64,000 bases of DNA. It comes from an uncultured Myxococcales bacterium. GTDB lineage: Bacteria > Myxococcota_A > UBA9042 > CAZBRS01. The stretch's first letter is position 1. Each line of letters opens with the position of its first letter. Made by a program: the position numbers and the translations under genes. Positions 1-8,712 of the stretch are shown in pieces. The notes beneath the pieces are model-generated. The model saw only the letters and a program-made list of their open reading frames with translations, did no database searches and was not told the origin of the DNA. The stretch lies in the NCBI GenBank assembly GCA_964494475.1, contig CAZBRS010000003.1:80286-144285 (forward strand), given 5' to 3'.

Positions 1-680
1 ACCTGAACCGGGCCTCGACCGTGGTCTTCGGGCACGACGAAGACAACCGCCTGGCCATCTCCGAGGCCGTGCGCGCGTCGACGGCGCTGCCCATCATGTA
101 CAGCCCCGCGCGCCTGGCGGGCAACGAGTACGTCGACGCCGCCGTGCTGAAGACGGCGCACGTCACCCTGGCCGTCGAGAAGGGCGCCGACCTGATCATC
201 GCCTACAACCCGTTCCGACCGCTGGTCGTGCCCCAGGGCGCGGTCGAGCCGCGCGTCGAGGGGCTGGGGCAGCTCGGCATCTTCACCGTCATCAACCAGG
301 CCGCGCGCATGATGCTGCACGCCCGCCTGCAGGAGTCGCTCGACCGCATCCGCGACGAGAGCTCCTTCAAGGGCGACATCATCCTGTTCGAGCCGGTCGA
401 GGCCGACCGCAGCTTCTTCGCCACGAACCCCGTAGCCTTCTGGAAGCTCGCCTCGTCGGCCGAGCACGGCTTCGTCTCGGTCAAGGACAGCATCGAACGC
501 CACCACGACAAGCTGCGCCCCATCCTGCACCGCTACGGCATCGAGGCCGAGTTGGCGGGGCTGCGACGCGACTTCGACGACATCCACACGCGCTCGGCCG
601 GAGAAGACCAGGTCGCGATGGTCGAGCGCATGGGCACGCGCCAGGTGCCCCGCCGACTGCGCCACCTGCGCGCCGTGTGA
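1..680 (+). CDS. Patatin-like phospholipase, C-terminal portion (5' end lies outside the window)
   Basis: The ORF runs to the window edge. It carries a YVDAAVL...IAYNP motif that resembles the patatin D-G-G/A and NxP region. GC3 is high. Confidence 0.5.
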   Translation, partial: LNRASTVVFGHDEDNRLAISEAVRASTALPIMYSPARLAGNEYVDAAVLKTAHVTLAVEKGADLIIAYNPFRPLVVPQGAVEPRVEGLGQLGIFTVINQAARMMLHARLQESLDRIRDESSFKGDIILFEPVEADRSFFATNPVAFWKLASSAEHGFVSVKDSIERHHDKLRPILHRYGIEAELAGLRRDFDDIHTRSAGEDQVAMVERMGTRQVPRRLRHLRAV

Positions 681-702
681 GCGCCTGCCCGCTTTTCCTT
701 TT

Positions 703-731
703 TGAAGGCGCCGGCCGAACGGGCTATACTG
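703..731 (+). promoter_or_regulatory. Sigma70-like promoter, TTGAAG-17nt-TATACT
   Basis: TTGAAG lies at 703-708 and TATACT at 726-731, separated by exactly 17 nt. It sits in a non-coding gap after the patatin stop codon. Confidence 0.45.
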
Positions 732-737
732 AGCCTG

Positions 738-964
738 CCTGTGGGGCTCGTGAGGGGAGCCAGTGTGTTAACCCCTGACTGTTTGTCAGGGATCGATCTC
801 CTGGTCGTGGTGAGCTTCCGCCTCGCGCGGGAAGCCTGAAGCGGCCAAACCCGAACCCACCTGTTGGGTCAAGGGTTAACAAAGTCTCCCCCACGGCTCG
901 CGCGGGTTCCTCGCGCCCCGGATGAGCGGCACGTCGAGGCTGCCTTCCGGGGCGCCTTTTTTTT
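738..964 (+). ncRNA. Candidate structured small RNA of about 225 nt, unclassified
   Basis: The region is bounded by the promoter above and by an intrinsic terminator. The terminator stem is gcgccccgg at 913-921 paired with ccggggcgc at 947-955, followed by a T8 run at 957-964. A 12/13-bp long-range helix pairs 768-780 with 868-880. Internal hairpins include ctgac-tgttt-gtcag and gcttcc...ggaagc. No convincing ORF is present; the only one is a 25-codon GTG ORF that uses rare TTA, CCT, TGT and TCA codons. Confidence 0.45.
913..964 (+). terminator. Rho-independent terminator, 9-bp GC stem followed by a T8 run
   Basis: Inverted repeat gcgccccgg/ccggggcgc with an inner 4-bp ggca/tgcc helix, followed by tttttttt. 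It abuts the stop of the minus-strand gene at 968. Confidence 0.55.
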
Positions 965-967
965 CTT

Positions 968-2068
968 CTAACGACAGAGCGCGTCGGTGGGCGGGCAACG
1001 GAAGCGCACGTGCAGGTGGTCGGCGTGGCCCTTCACGTGCCGGATGATGCCCTCGCGCGTGGTGGACTCGCGCGGGTACTGGAAGAGCCGTTCGAGATCC
1101 TCGGCCGGGTAGCCGAGCGCCTCGGCGTGGGCCCGAAACAGGGGCTGCAGGCCGTGGTCCATGAACACGTACTCGACGCTGTCGGTGCGCAGGCACGACT
1201 CGATCAGCTGCCAGCTCTTCTCGACGTCGACGGTCTCGGGCGTGGCCTCGACGAAGTCGTAGAGTTCCTGGTTTCCGGTCAGGAAGTACGCCAGATCGAC
1301 GTCGCGCCCCGTCTTGTGCGACAGGTGGTGCTGGATGCGCCCGCCGATCGGCCCGCTGAGATCGCCCACGAATACGTCGGACGAGTCGGGATAACGCTCG
1401 TGCAGGTCGGCGATGGCCGTGCGGAGCAGTGCGATGGCCCAAGGTCGGCCGTAGTTCTTGTCGGGGCGCTTGATCACGTAGCCCTCGCCCGGCTCGAGCC
1501 GCGCCCAATCCTTCAGGAAGGGCCGCACCTCCTCGGCCTTGCGGGGGTCGCCCTTCTTGATGAGCACGAGCTGACCGGGGTGCAGCATGCGCAGCTTCTT
1601 CTCGCCGTTCAGGCGACGAAGGTCGGCCGCCGTCACGTCGTACTTGCGCGCGATGCTCCAGACCGAGTCGCCCTTGCGGACGCGGTGCACCTTGTCGAGG
1701 TCGCCCCAGGCCGGCTCGCGCTTGGCCTTGCCGGCCTTGCCCTTCGCGGTCGTCGCGCTACCCTTGCCCTTCACGGTCGTCGCGCTACCCTTGGCCTTCG
1801 TGGCGGGCTTCGCCGCGGCCTTGGCCGGCGTGGTCACGGCCTTTCCGCTCTTCCCGGCCTTCTCGGCCTTCTTCGCGGCCTTCTTTCCCGCCTTGGTGCC
1901 CCCAGCGGACTTGGTGGCCTTCTTGCCCGGGCCCTTGGCCTTCGTCGCCAGAGCGGGCTTGGCGGTGACCTTGGCCGCGGCCTCGGCCCGGAAGCCCCGG
2001 GGGTTCGGGAGCCCGCAGAGCGCGAGCACGATGAGGGCGATGAGCAGCTTGGTCCAACGACGCGCCAT
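968..2068 (-). CDS. LysM-domain murein endopeptidase, MepA-like LAS-family zinc peptidase, secreted
   Basis: There is a signal peptide, MARRWTKLLIALIVLALCG. An Ala/Lys/Pro-rich low-complexity linker follows. The LysM domain is GDSVWSIARKYDVTAADLRRLNG. The MepA zinc motifs are HHLSHKTGRDVDL and GHADHLHVRF. The start codon was chosen at 2068 (M of MARRW). Confidence 0.75.
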   Translation of the reverse strand: MARRWTKLLIALIVLALCGLPNPRGFRAEAAAKVTAKPALATKAKGPGKKATKSAGGTKAGKKAAKKAEKAGKSGKAVTTPAKAAAKPATKAKGSATTVKGKGSATTAKGKAGKAKREPAWGDLDKVHRVRKGDSVWSIARKYDVTAADLRRLNGEKKLRMLHPGQLVLIKKGDPRKAEEVRPFLKDWARLEPGEGYVIKRPDKNYGRPWAIALLRTAIADLHERYPDSSDVFVGDLSGPIGGRIQHHLSHKTGRDVDLAYFLTGNQELYDFVEATPETVDVEKSWQLIESCLRTDSVEYVFMDHGLQPLFRAHAEALGYPAEDLERLFQYPRESTTREGIIRHVKGHADHLHVRFRCPPTDALCR

Positions 2069-2279
2069 GGGCGCAGGATGGCCCAAGTCCGGGCAGGCGT
2101 CAATTCGCGAGCCGCGCTTGTCAGAATGACAACGTTTCGGGCGCCGACTCCGGCGTCGTGTCAACGAGACAGAGTTGCGGCGTGTGAAGCAGGGCCGCGC
2201 CGCTCGCTGTGCCGTTCGGATTCGCTGGCATCGAAGTTGCTTCCTGGTACCCTACGGTCGGAACCGTCGCGGGGTTCGG

Positions 2280-3473
2280 ATGATCCTACGTCGCCTCCTC
2301 ATCGCTGCGCTCGTCGTGCTCTGGAGCCAGGTGGCCACCGCCGAGATCTACGGCTTCGCCATCAACAAGATCGAGGGCTTGAACGGCGTCGAGCTCGACG
2401 ACCGCTTCGGCGTCACCGCGTCGGCCACCGAGCACCTCGTGAACTACAAGGACTGCCTGGCCTACCTGAACATCGACGCGGGCCAGAGCCTCGATCCCGA
2501 GAGCACCGTCGAAGAGGTCGTCGAGGCGACCACGACCGACGTCGTCGAGACGGTCGACGTCGCCGAAACGGTCGACGCGGCCGACGCCGCGAGCGACTCG
2601 GCCTCGCCGGCCGACACGTCGACCGACGGCTCCGGCGGGGGCGGCGGCGCAACCACCGAGGGCATCCGCAAGATCTCGATCGACTTCAGCGTCAACGACT
2701 CGCTGATCGGCAAGTGGTGGTACTCCATCCGCATCGGCAGCTGCACCGAGTCGTCCGAGGTCGACGAGGCCGCCACCGACTCGTGCACCTACCTGCGCCA
2801 GAAGACCGAGCTCACGCGCTACTCGACCGACACCATCGAGATCCCCGTCACGCGCATCCTCGGCTACGAGTGTGCCAAGGGCTCCACCGACGACGTGCGC
2901 CTCTACTTCACCATCCAGAGCGACCTCGACTACAACCAGCGCGGCACCGAGACCGTCGACATCGAGCTCGACTACGACGCGCCCAAGCCGGTGACGAACC
3001 TCACGCTCGAGGCGGGCGAGGAGAACCTCTCGGTGGCGTGGGACGATGAAGCCAACGCCGACACCGAGACCGTCACCTACCGGGTCTACTGGTACGACGC
3101 CTCGTTCGACGAGGACACCCTCGACGACGTGTCGAGCAAGGGCGATCTCACCGCCAAGGCGTTCCAGATTACCGGGCTCGAGAACGGCAAGGACTACTGG
3201 GTCGGCGTGGTCGCCCTCGACGACTTCGACAACGAGTCCACGCTCCCCGATCTGGTCGAGGGCACGCCCGTGCTGGTCACCGACGGCTTCGAGGCCTACA
3301 AGGACGCCGGGGGCGCCGAGAAGGGTGGCTTCGGCTGCACGGTGAATGGCGGCAGCGCGACCTCGGGCGCCGAAGCCTCGGCGAAGGCGGCGGCCGTGCT
3401 GCTGCTCCTGGCGGTCGCGCTGCTCGCGGTGCTGCCGCGGGGCGGGCGCCGCAACGCCGGGAGGGGAGCATGA
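2280..3473 (+). CDS. Secreted fibronectin-III-like domain protein with a MYXO-CTERM-like C-terminal sorting tail
   Basis: There is a signal peptide, MILRRLLIAALVVLWSQVATA. An acidic Thr/Asp-rich region follows, then an FN3-like segment (SVAWDD...YRVYWYD...GLENGKDYWV). The C-terminal tail GGFGCTVNGG...AAAVLLLLAVALLAVLPRGGRR is MYXO-CTERM-like. Confidence 0.7.
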   Translation: MILRRLLIAALVVLWSQVATAEIYGFAINKIEGLNGVELDDRFGVTASATEHLVNYKDCLAYLNIDAGQSLDPESTVEEVVEATTTDVVETVDVAETVDAADAASDSASPADTSTDGSGGGGGATTEGIRKISIDFSVNDSLIGKWWYSIRIGSCTESSEVDEAATDSCTYLRQKTELTRYSTDTIEIPVTRILGYECAKGSTDDVRLYFTIQSDLDYNQRGTETVDIELDYDAPKPVTNLTLEAGEENLSVAWDDEANADTETVTYRVYWYDASFDEDTLDDVSSKGDLTAKAFQITGLENGKDYWVGVVALDDFDNESTLPDLVEGTPVLVTDGFEAYKDAGGAEKGGFGCTVNGGSATSGAEASAKAAAVLLLLAVALLAVLPRGGRRNAGRGA

Positions 3474-4189
3474 ACCGCGTCGTCCTCGCCCTGCTGTTCA
3501 GCCTGGCCCTGCCCGCCAGCCTGGGGGCCGAGAGCCCGCGCAGCGTGAACCTCGAGTTCAAGCTGGCCGCCTGGTACGTACCCGAGGTCGACGACGAGTT
3601 CCCCGCGGGGGTGCACCCCTACCGCGACGTCTACGGCGACGGCTCGCTGCTGCTCTTCCAGATGCGCAGTGACTACATCTTCTACTCCGGCGTCTTCGGC
3701 ACCGTCGGGGCGGGCGGCGGTTTCGGCTACGGCCAGAAGACGGGCCATGGCTTCCTGACCGACGGCAGCCCCTCCAGCGACGACACCACGCTGCACCTGC
3801 TGCCCCTCGAGGGCGGCCTGCTCTACCAGTACGACTACCTGGCGACCCGATGGAACATCCCGGTGGTCCCCTACGGCCGCGCCGACCTGGCCTACGCCTT
3901 CTGGTGGATCACGAACGGCGTCGGCGACACGGCGGCCTACGTCGTGAACGGCGAGAAGCAGGCCGACGGCAAGGGCGGGACCTGGGGCTTCCGCCTGGCG
4001 GGTGGGGGCAAGCTGCTCCTCGACGTCTTCGCGCCCTCCATGGCCCGCACGTTCGACGTGGACTTCGGCGTGAACAACTCGTACGTGCTGGTCGAGTACG
4101 TCTGGACGCGCCTCGACGACTTCGGCTCCGCCTCCAGCATCCGGCTGGGCGGCGGGTACGTGAACTTCGGCCTGGCCTTCGAGTTCTGA
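3470..4189 (+). CDS. Outer-membrane beta-barrel protein
   Basis: There is a signal peptide. The protein is rich in Gly and aromatic residues, with an alternating pattern. The C-terminus ends FEF, with a terminal Phe. ATGA overlap with the upstream gene suggests translational coupling. Confidence 0.6.
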   Translation: MNRVVLALLFSLALPASLGAESPRSVNLEFKLAAWYVPEVDDEFPAGVHPYRDVYGDGSLLLFQMRSDYIFYSGVFGTVGAGGGFGYGQKTGHGFLTDGSPSSDDTTLHLLPLEGGLLYQYDYLATRWNIPVVPYGRADLAYAFWWITNGVGDTAAYVVNGEKQADGKGGTWGFRLAGGGKLLLDVFAPSMARTFDVDFGVNNSYVLVEYVWTRLDDFGSASSIRLGGGYVNFGLAFEF

Positions 4190-4192
4190 GCG

Positions 4193-5002
4193 GTGCGCTC
4201 CCTCCGGCTGCTCATCGCCTTCGACGGCACCGACTTCTCGGGATTCCAGCGCCAACCGAACGTCCGCACCGTGCAGGGCGAGCTCGAGGCCGCGGTCCTC
4301 GCGCTCACGGGCGAGACCACGCGCGTGCGCGGCTCGAGCCGCACCGACGCGGGCGTCCACGCGCGCGAACTGCTCGTGAGCTTCCAGACCGAGCGCGCCT
4401 ACCCGCTCCGAGCCTTCCACCTGGGACTGAACGCGCTGCTGCCGCCCGACGTGGCGGTGATGGAGGCCGCCGAGGCCCCCGACGGCTTCAACGCCCGCTG
4501 GGCCTCGCTCGGCAAGACCTACTCGTACACCCTCTGGAACGCGCGCTCGCCGAACCCGCTGCTCCGTCGCACCGCGTGGCACCTGAAGAAGCCCCTCGAC
4601 GTCGACCTCGTCCGCGCCGCCCTGCCCGACCTGGTGGGCTCGCGCGACTTCGCGTCGTTCCGGGCCGCGCACTGCGACGCGCCGACCACCGAGAGGGAGG
4701 TCTGGCGGGCCACGTGGGACGTCGAGGGCGACACGCACCGCTTCACCATCTGCGGCAACGCCTTCCTGCGCAACATGGTGCGCATCGTGGTGGGCACGTT
4801 GGTCGAGATCGGGCTCGGTCGACGTCCCCCCGACGATCTTCGGCGCCTCTTCGAGGTCCTCGATCGAACCCAGGCGGGCGAGACCGCGCCGCCCCAGGGC
4901 CTCACGCTCGAGCGCGTCTTCCTGACGCGCGCGGCGCTGTTCGAGCACCTGGGCCGCGAGGTCCGGGTGTACAAGGAGCCGTTGGTCGACGACCCCACCT
5001 GA
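4193..5002 (+). CDS. truA: tRNA pseudouridine(38-40) synthase TruA
   Basis: GTG start. The conserved RTDAGVHA motif is present, and the overall TruA signature includes FLRNMVR. Confidence 0.85.
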   Translation: MRSLRLLIAFDGTDFSGFQRQPNVRTVQGELEAAVLALTGETTRVRGSSRTDAGVHARELLVSFQTERAYPLRAFHLGLNALLPPDVAVMEAAEAPDGFNARWASLGKTYSYTLWNARSPNPLLRRTAWHLKKPLDVDLVRAALPDLVGSRDFASFRAAHCDAPTTEREVWRATWDVEGDTHRFTICGNAFLRNMVRIVVGTLVEIGLGRRPPDDLRRLFEVLDRTQAGETAPPQGLTLERVFLTRAALFEHLGREVRVYKEPLVDDPT

Positions 5003-5011
5003 TGCAGCGAC

Positions 5012-5470
5012 CTACTCGGGGAAGAGGCGCGAGACGTGCGATCCGTCGGGCGCGTGGGCGGCCAGCAGGAATCGCCCCCGCAGGTTGGCCCCCAGGGGGT
5101 CGAAGACGGCGCGCGGCTCGGAGGCGGCGGCCAGCCAGGCACGAACCTCCACGTCGGCCAGCAACTCGGCCAGCAGCGCGTCGAAGCGAGCGCTGAAGTC
5201 GGCCACCACGTCGGACAGATCGGGGTCGGAGGGCTCGTCGGGCCGGAGGGGGAACGCCACCTCGGTGAGCACGAGCAGCCGCGGAGGCACGTCGACGGTG
5301 CGCGACAGCGTGAGCTCGATTCGCTCCTGCAGGGGGGGATCGAGCGCCGCCACGCGCGCCGACGCCACCTTCCACGACGCCAGCAGCGGAGCGGCCGAGC
5401 CGCGGCGCGCGCGCTCGAGCGCCTGCTCGACGGTCAGGGTGGGCGCGACTTCGTTGGGGGGAGTGGCCAC
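5012..5470 (-). CDS. Hypothetical acidic protein downstream of the calpain-like protease
   Basis: High GC3 on the same strand and in the same operon as the calpain-like gene. No recognisable domain. Confidence 0.45.
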   Translation of the reverse strand: MATPPNEVAPTLTVEQALERARRGSAAPLLASWKVASARVAALDPPLQERIELTLSRTVDVPPRLLVLTEVAFPLRPDEPSDPDLSDVVADFSARFDALLAELLADVEVRAWLAAASEPRAVFDPLGANLRGRFLLAAHAPDGSHVSRLFPE

Positions 5471-5498
5471 GGCGAACCTCCGATGATGCGGCCGGTGC

Positions 5499-6662
5499 TC
5501 AGGCGTACTGCAGCTCGGCGAAGATGTCGTCGAACTCCGGGAGCGACAACGTGAAGACGCCCGTGGCCTCGCCCGGCGCGCCCTTGGGGTTCGACCCCCA
5601 CGGGTTCCGGATCGTGATGCGATCGGCCTTGGCGTCCCAACCGATTACGCTGTAGGCGTGCCCCTTGGGCAGCTTGAGCCGGTTCTCGGTCATCACGGCC
5701 GCCGTCACGATGCGGCCCTCCTTGAAGGCACGCGTGAGCTTGCCCCGGGTCGCGGCCAGCCCCGTGAGCGCCAGGAAGTCGTGGTCGCCGCGATGCCCGC
5801 TGAACGTGAGGACGCCCTCGCTCAGCAGGTTGCCATCGCCGACCTCGGCCTGACGATCCGTCTGGGCGCTCTTGCCCTTCACCTGGCCGTAGGCCTTCTC
5901 GAGCACCGGCAGCCACAGCCCGTCGCCGCCCGACGACGAGTAACGCGCCACTTCGGCGTCGGTGGGCGGCGCGATGGTCACCGTCCCCCGGCCCGGGAAG
6001 TCGACCGTATAGCCGACGACCTGCTTGCCCTTGCGGTTCTCGCGAATCATGCGGACCACGGCCAGGGGGTCGCGCGCGATGACGCTGCCGAGAGCCGCCA
6101 GGAAATAGCAGTCGCCCAGGCCGCCCTGCCTGAGCGCCGAGAGGGTGGGCGCGCCGTTCGGGAACAGCACGCGGGACTGACCCGCGATCCGCGCCAGCCC
6201 GTTCGAGTGCGACAGGTCGACGCCGCGCTTCTTTCCGGCCTCGTAGGCCACGAGATCGGTGCGCGAGAGCCCGTCGTTCTCGTCGCCGAGCTCGTCGTTC
6301 GACAGCTCTTCGAGATCCTCGATGGCCTTGTGCAACGCCGCCACGGCCGCCGCCTCGGCGCCCGTGATGCGGGGGTCGAGCATCAGCGAGTTGGCCTCGG
6401 CCCGCGAGATGAAGCCGTCGCCGTTCCGGTCCCACGTCGAAAAGCGCGCGCGCGCGATGGTGGCCCACCCCGACGCCGGCACCGCCGGCTTCACCGCCGT
6501 GGCGCCGGCCCCGGCGGCCGTCGTCGGACGCAGCGCCGCGGTCTGGGCTCCGTAGCCCGTGGCGGGCACGTTGGCGCGCGCGACCGTCGTACGCGTCTTG
6601 TCGGCCGGCGCTACCGAGGGGGTCGCAGCGGTCTTCGGTTGGGGCTTCTGGTCGTGGGGCAA
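5499..6662 (-). CDS. Calpain-like cysteine protease (peptidase C2 catalytic domain) with an N-terminal EF-hand
   Basis: The EF-hand loop is DRNGDGFISRAE. The calpain catalytic triad motifs are QGGLGDCYFLAALG, KGHAYSVIGW and RNPWG. A TTG start at 6662 is proposed, preceded by GGGAGG with a 6-nt spacer. The upstream part of the 597-aa ORF is an S/T/R-rich frame artefact that collides with the lipoprotein gene at 6781. Confidence 0.7.
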   Translation of the reverse strand: MPHDQKPQPKTAATPSVAPADKTRTTVARANVPATGYGAQTAALRPTTAAGAGATAVKPAVPASGWATIARARFSTWDRNGDGFISRAEANSLMLDPRITGAEAAAVAALHKAIEDLEELSNDELGDENDGLSRTDLVAYEAGKKRGVDLSHSNGLARIAGQSRVLFPNGAPTLSALRQGGLGDCYFLAALGSVIARDPLAVVRMIRENRKGKQVVGYTVDFPGRGTVTIAPPTDAEVARYSSSGGDGLWLPVLEKAYGQVKGKSAQTDRQAEVGDGNLLSEGVLTFSGHRGDHDFLALTGLAATRGKLTRAFKEGRIVTAAVMTENRLKLPKGHAYSVIGWDAKADRITIRNPWGSNPKGAPGEATGVFTLSLPEFDDIFAELQYA

Positions 6663-6780
6663 GCGGGCCTCCCGCCCCGACGAGGGGCGATGCGTTCCTT
6701 CTGCGGCGTCGATGGTATAGAATTCACCCGCGACCCGCAAGGCGAGCGCCCCCGGGGCCCGCTGCCGGGGAGGGAGGCCC

Positions 6781-7320
6781 ATGCCACGTCTCGTGACCGC
6801 GCTGCTCGTGCTCGTGCTCCTCGGCTGCCGCGGCGCGCCCGCCGCCGTGCCTCCCGAGTGCGGGCCGACGCGCCTCGACGAAAGTCGCGTCAGGGCGGCG
6901 CTCCCCCTGGTGTTGCCCCCCGAGCTCGCCGCCTGGAACGTGATCGCGCTCCAGCAGGACGCCTGCCCGGGCGCCGAGGCCTGGGAGCGGGTCGACGTGA
7001 CGCTCGAGGCCGCCCCTCGCGAGGGAGCACCGACCTGGCGGGCCGTGCTGACGCTGCGGCTCTCCGTACCCGAGGCGCGCCTGGTCGAAGGCGACGAGAT
7101 GCCCGCGGTGCGCGCAGTGGCCGAAGCGGCCGGGCGATGTCGCGAGCTCGAGGCCCTGGAGCCCGTCGTCGCCTGGCTCGCGACGCACGGCCCCGCGCTG
7201 GCCGTCCTCGAGCCCGGCGCACCCGACCTGGCCGTGGTGCACCTTCGGCCCCGCGAGGCGTCGGCTGGCGGGACCGAGCTCCGCTTCGCCACCCGGCTCG
7301 GTCGTCCCCTCCCGCCCTAG
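6781..7320 (+). CDS. Lipoprotein, hypothetical
   Basis: The ribosome binding site GGGAGGGAGG precedes the ATG. The signal peptide carries an LLGC lipobox. GC3 is high. Confidence 0.6.
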   Translation: MPRLVTALLVLVLLGCRGAPAAVPPECGPTRLDESRVRAALPLVLPPELAAWNVIALQQDACPGAEAWERVDVTLEAAPREGAPTWRAVLTLRLSVPEARLVEGDEMPAVRAVAEAAGRCRELEALEPVVAWLATHGPALAVLEPGAPDLAVVHLRPREASAGGTELRFATRLGRPLPP

Positions 7321-7392
7321 GAACGTGGACTTTTCGCCCGAATCGGCGACAATGCGCTCGATTCCGGGCCCCGCCCCAACGGAGACCACGCC

Positions 7393-8712
7393 ATGCGGCT
7401 CGCGAGCTTCCTCCTGCTCCTGATCGGACTCTCTCCGGCCCCCGTGTCAGCTCAGGCTCCCCTCGGCGGCCTGTCGGCGCTGGGCGGCGAGAACGTCGAC
7501 ATCTTCTCGATCCACGTGGTCGTGGGCCCCTCCGAGCGCGATCTGGAGTCGGTGGCGCTGTGGATCAAGGAGTGCGAGCCGTCCGATCGTCCGGCAGTCT
7601 GCGGCGAGCTGATGCGCCTCCTGAACAAGGACCTGCAGCTGACCGGGCTCTTCCGCCTGGTCGACCCCACGGCCCTGATCGTCGATCGCGACAAGGAGAG
7701 CTACGAGACCACCCAGTACCAGGGCTGGTTCGACAGCGGCGCGCGCTACCTGGTGAAGGGCGCCGTGCGCGACGGCAAGGTCTCGCTCAAGCTGCACAAC
7801 GTGCTCGAGAAGGGCTCGTTCCGGTTCAAGAACGAGTCGTTCGCCGCCGACGAGAAGAGCCTCGTCAAGGGCGTGCACGGCTTCATGAACGAGCTCGTCC
7901 TCGCCCTGTCGGGCCAGAAGGGGCTGTTCGACTCGGTCATCTGGTTCGTCGCCATGGGCGCCAAGGGCACCAAGTCCATCCGCTCGTGCTATCTCGACGG
8001 CACCGGCCTCTCGACGCTCATCGACAACGGCTCGGTCAACCTCTTTCCGGCACCCGCGCCGGGCGGCAAGGTGCTCTACACATCGTTCCTGGCCGGCCTG
8101 CCGCAGATCTTCATCGGCGACAAGCGCCTCACCCACGACGATCTGCAGTACCGCGGCGCGCAGTTCTCACCCGACGGCAAGCGGTTGGCCGTGGCGGTCA
8201 ACGTCGACGGCGACGGCGATCGCGAGAGCCAGACCGACATCTTCCTCATGGACCCCGAGTCGGGCCGGCTCGGCAAGAACCTGACCGAGTCCGACGCCGA
8301 CGAGGTCACCCCCTCGTGGTCGCCCGACGGCGGGCAGCTCGCGTTCGTGTCGAACCGCAGCGGCAACCCCCACATCTACGTCATGAACGCCGACGGCACC
8401 GGCGCGCGCCGCCTCACCTACGCCGGCATCTACAACAGCACGCCCGACTGGGGCCCCAACGGCCTCATCGTGTTCACCGGGCTCGACGAGGGCAACGCCG
8501 ACATCTTCACCGTCGACCTCGGCGGCAACCTGCGGCGCCTCACCCAGGACCAGGGCAAGAACAAGGACCCGCGCTGGGGCCCCGACGGCCGGTACATCAC
8601 CTACGTGTCGCGCCGCAGCGGCTCGTGGAACCTGTACCTCATGACCCCCGACGGTCGCTATCAGTGGATGATCGTGAACGGGGAAGGCGATCTGTCGACG
8701 CCCTGGTGGTAA
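7393..8712 (+). CDS. tolB: Tol-Pal system beta-propeller protein TolB
   Basis: There is a signal peptide and a TolB N-domain. PD40/WD40-like repeats are present (SPDGKRLA, SWSPDGGQLAF and NPHIYVMNADG). Confidence 0.85.
   Translation: MRLASFLLLLIGLSPAPVSAQAPLGGLSALGGENVDIFSIHVVVGPSERDLESVALWIKECEPSDRPAVCGELMRLLNKDLQLTGLFRLVDPTALIVDRDKESYETTQYQGWFDSGARYLVKGAVRDGKVSLKLHNVLEKGSFRFKNESFAADEKSLVKGVHGFMNELVLALSGQKGLFDSVIWFVAMGAKGTKSIRSCYLDGTGLSTLIDNGSVNLFPAPAPGGKVLYTSFLAGLPQIFIGDKRLTHDDLQYRGAQFSPDGKRLAVAVNVDGDGDRESQTDIFLMDPESGRLGKNLTESDADEVTPSWSPDGGQLAFVSNRSGNPHIYVMNADGTGARRLTYAGIYNSTPDWGPNGLIVFTGLDEGNADIFTVDLGGNLRRLTQDQGKNKDPRWGPDGRYITYVSRRSGSWNLYLMTPDGRYQWMIVNGEGDLSTPWW

Noticed and set aside
781-858. 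25-codon GTG ORF with a GAGGGGAG ribosome binding site inside the sRNA candidate
   Set aside because: It uses TTA, CCT, TGT, TTG and TCA codons, which are very rare at this GC content. The region is better explained as structured RNA, though a leader peptide cannot be excluded.
1010-3049. 679-aa plus-strand ORF overlapping the LysM-MepA gene
   Set aside because: It runs antisense to a gene with clear LysM and MepA motifs. The translation is low-complexity and R/G/H-rich.
3296-4948. 550-aa minus-strand ORF across the OMP and truA genes
   Set aside because: It is antisense to truA. Its composition is Ala/Arg/Gly-biased.
5499-7292. Upstream 210 codons of the 597-aa calpain ORF
   Set aside because: The translation is Ser/Thr/Arg-rich and non-globular. 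It overlaps the divergent lipoprotein gene and its ribosome binding site. The real start is most likely the TTG at 6662, which has a GGGAGG ribosome binding site.
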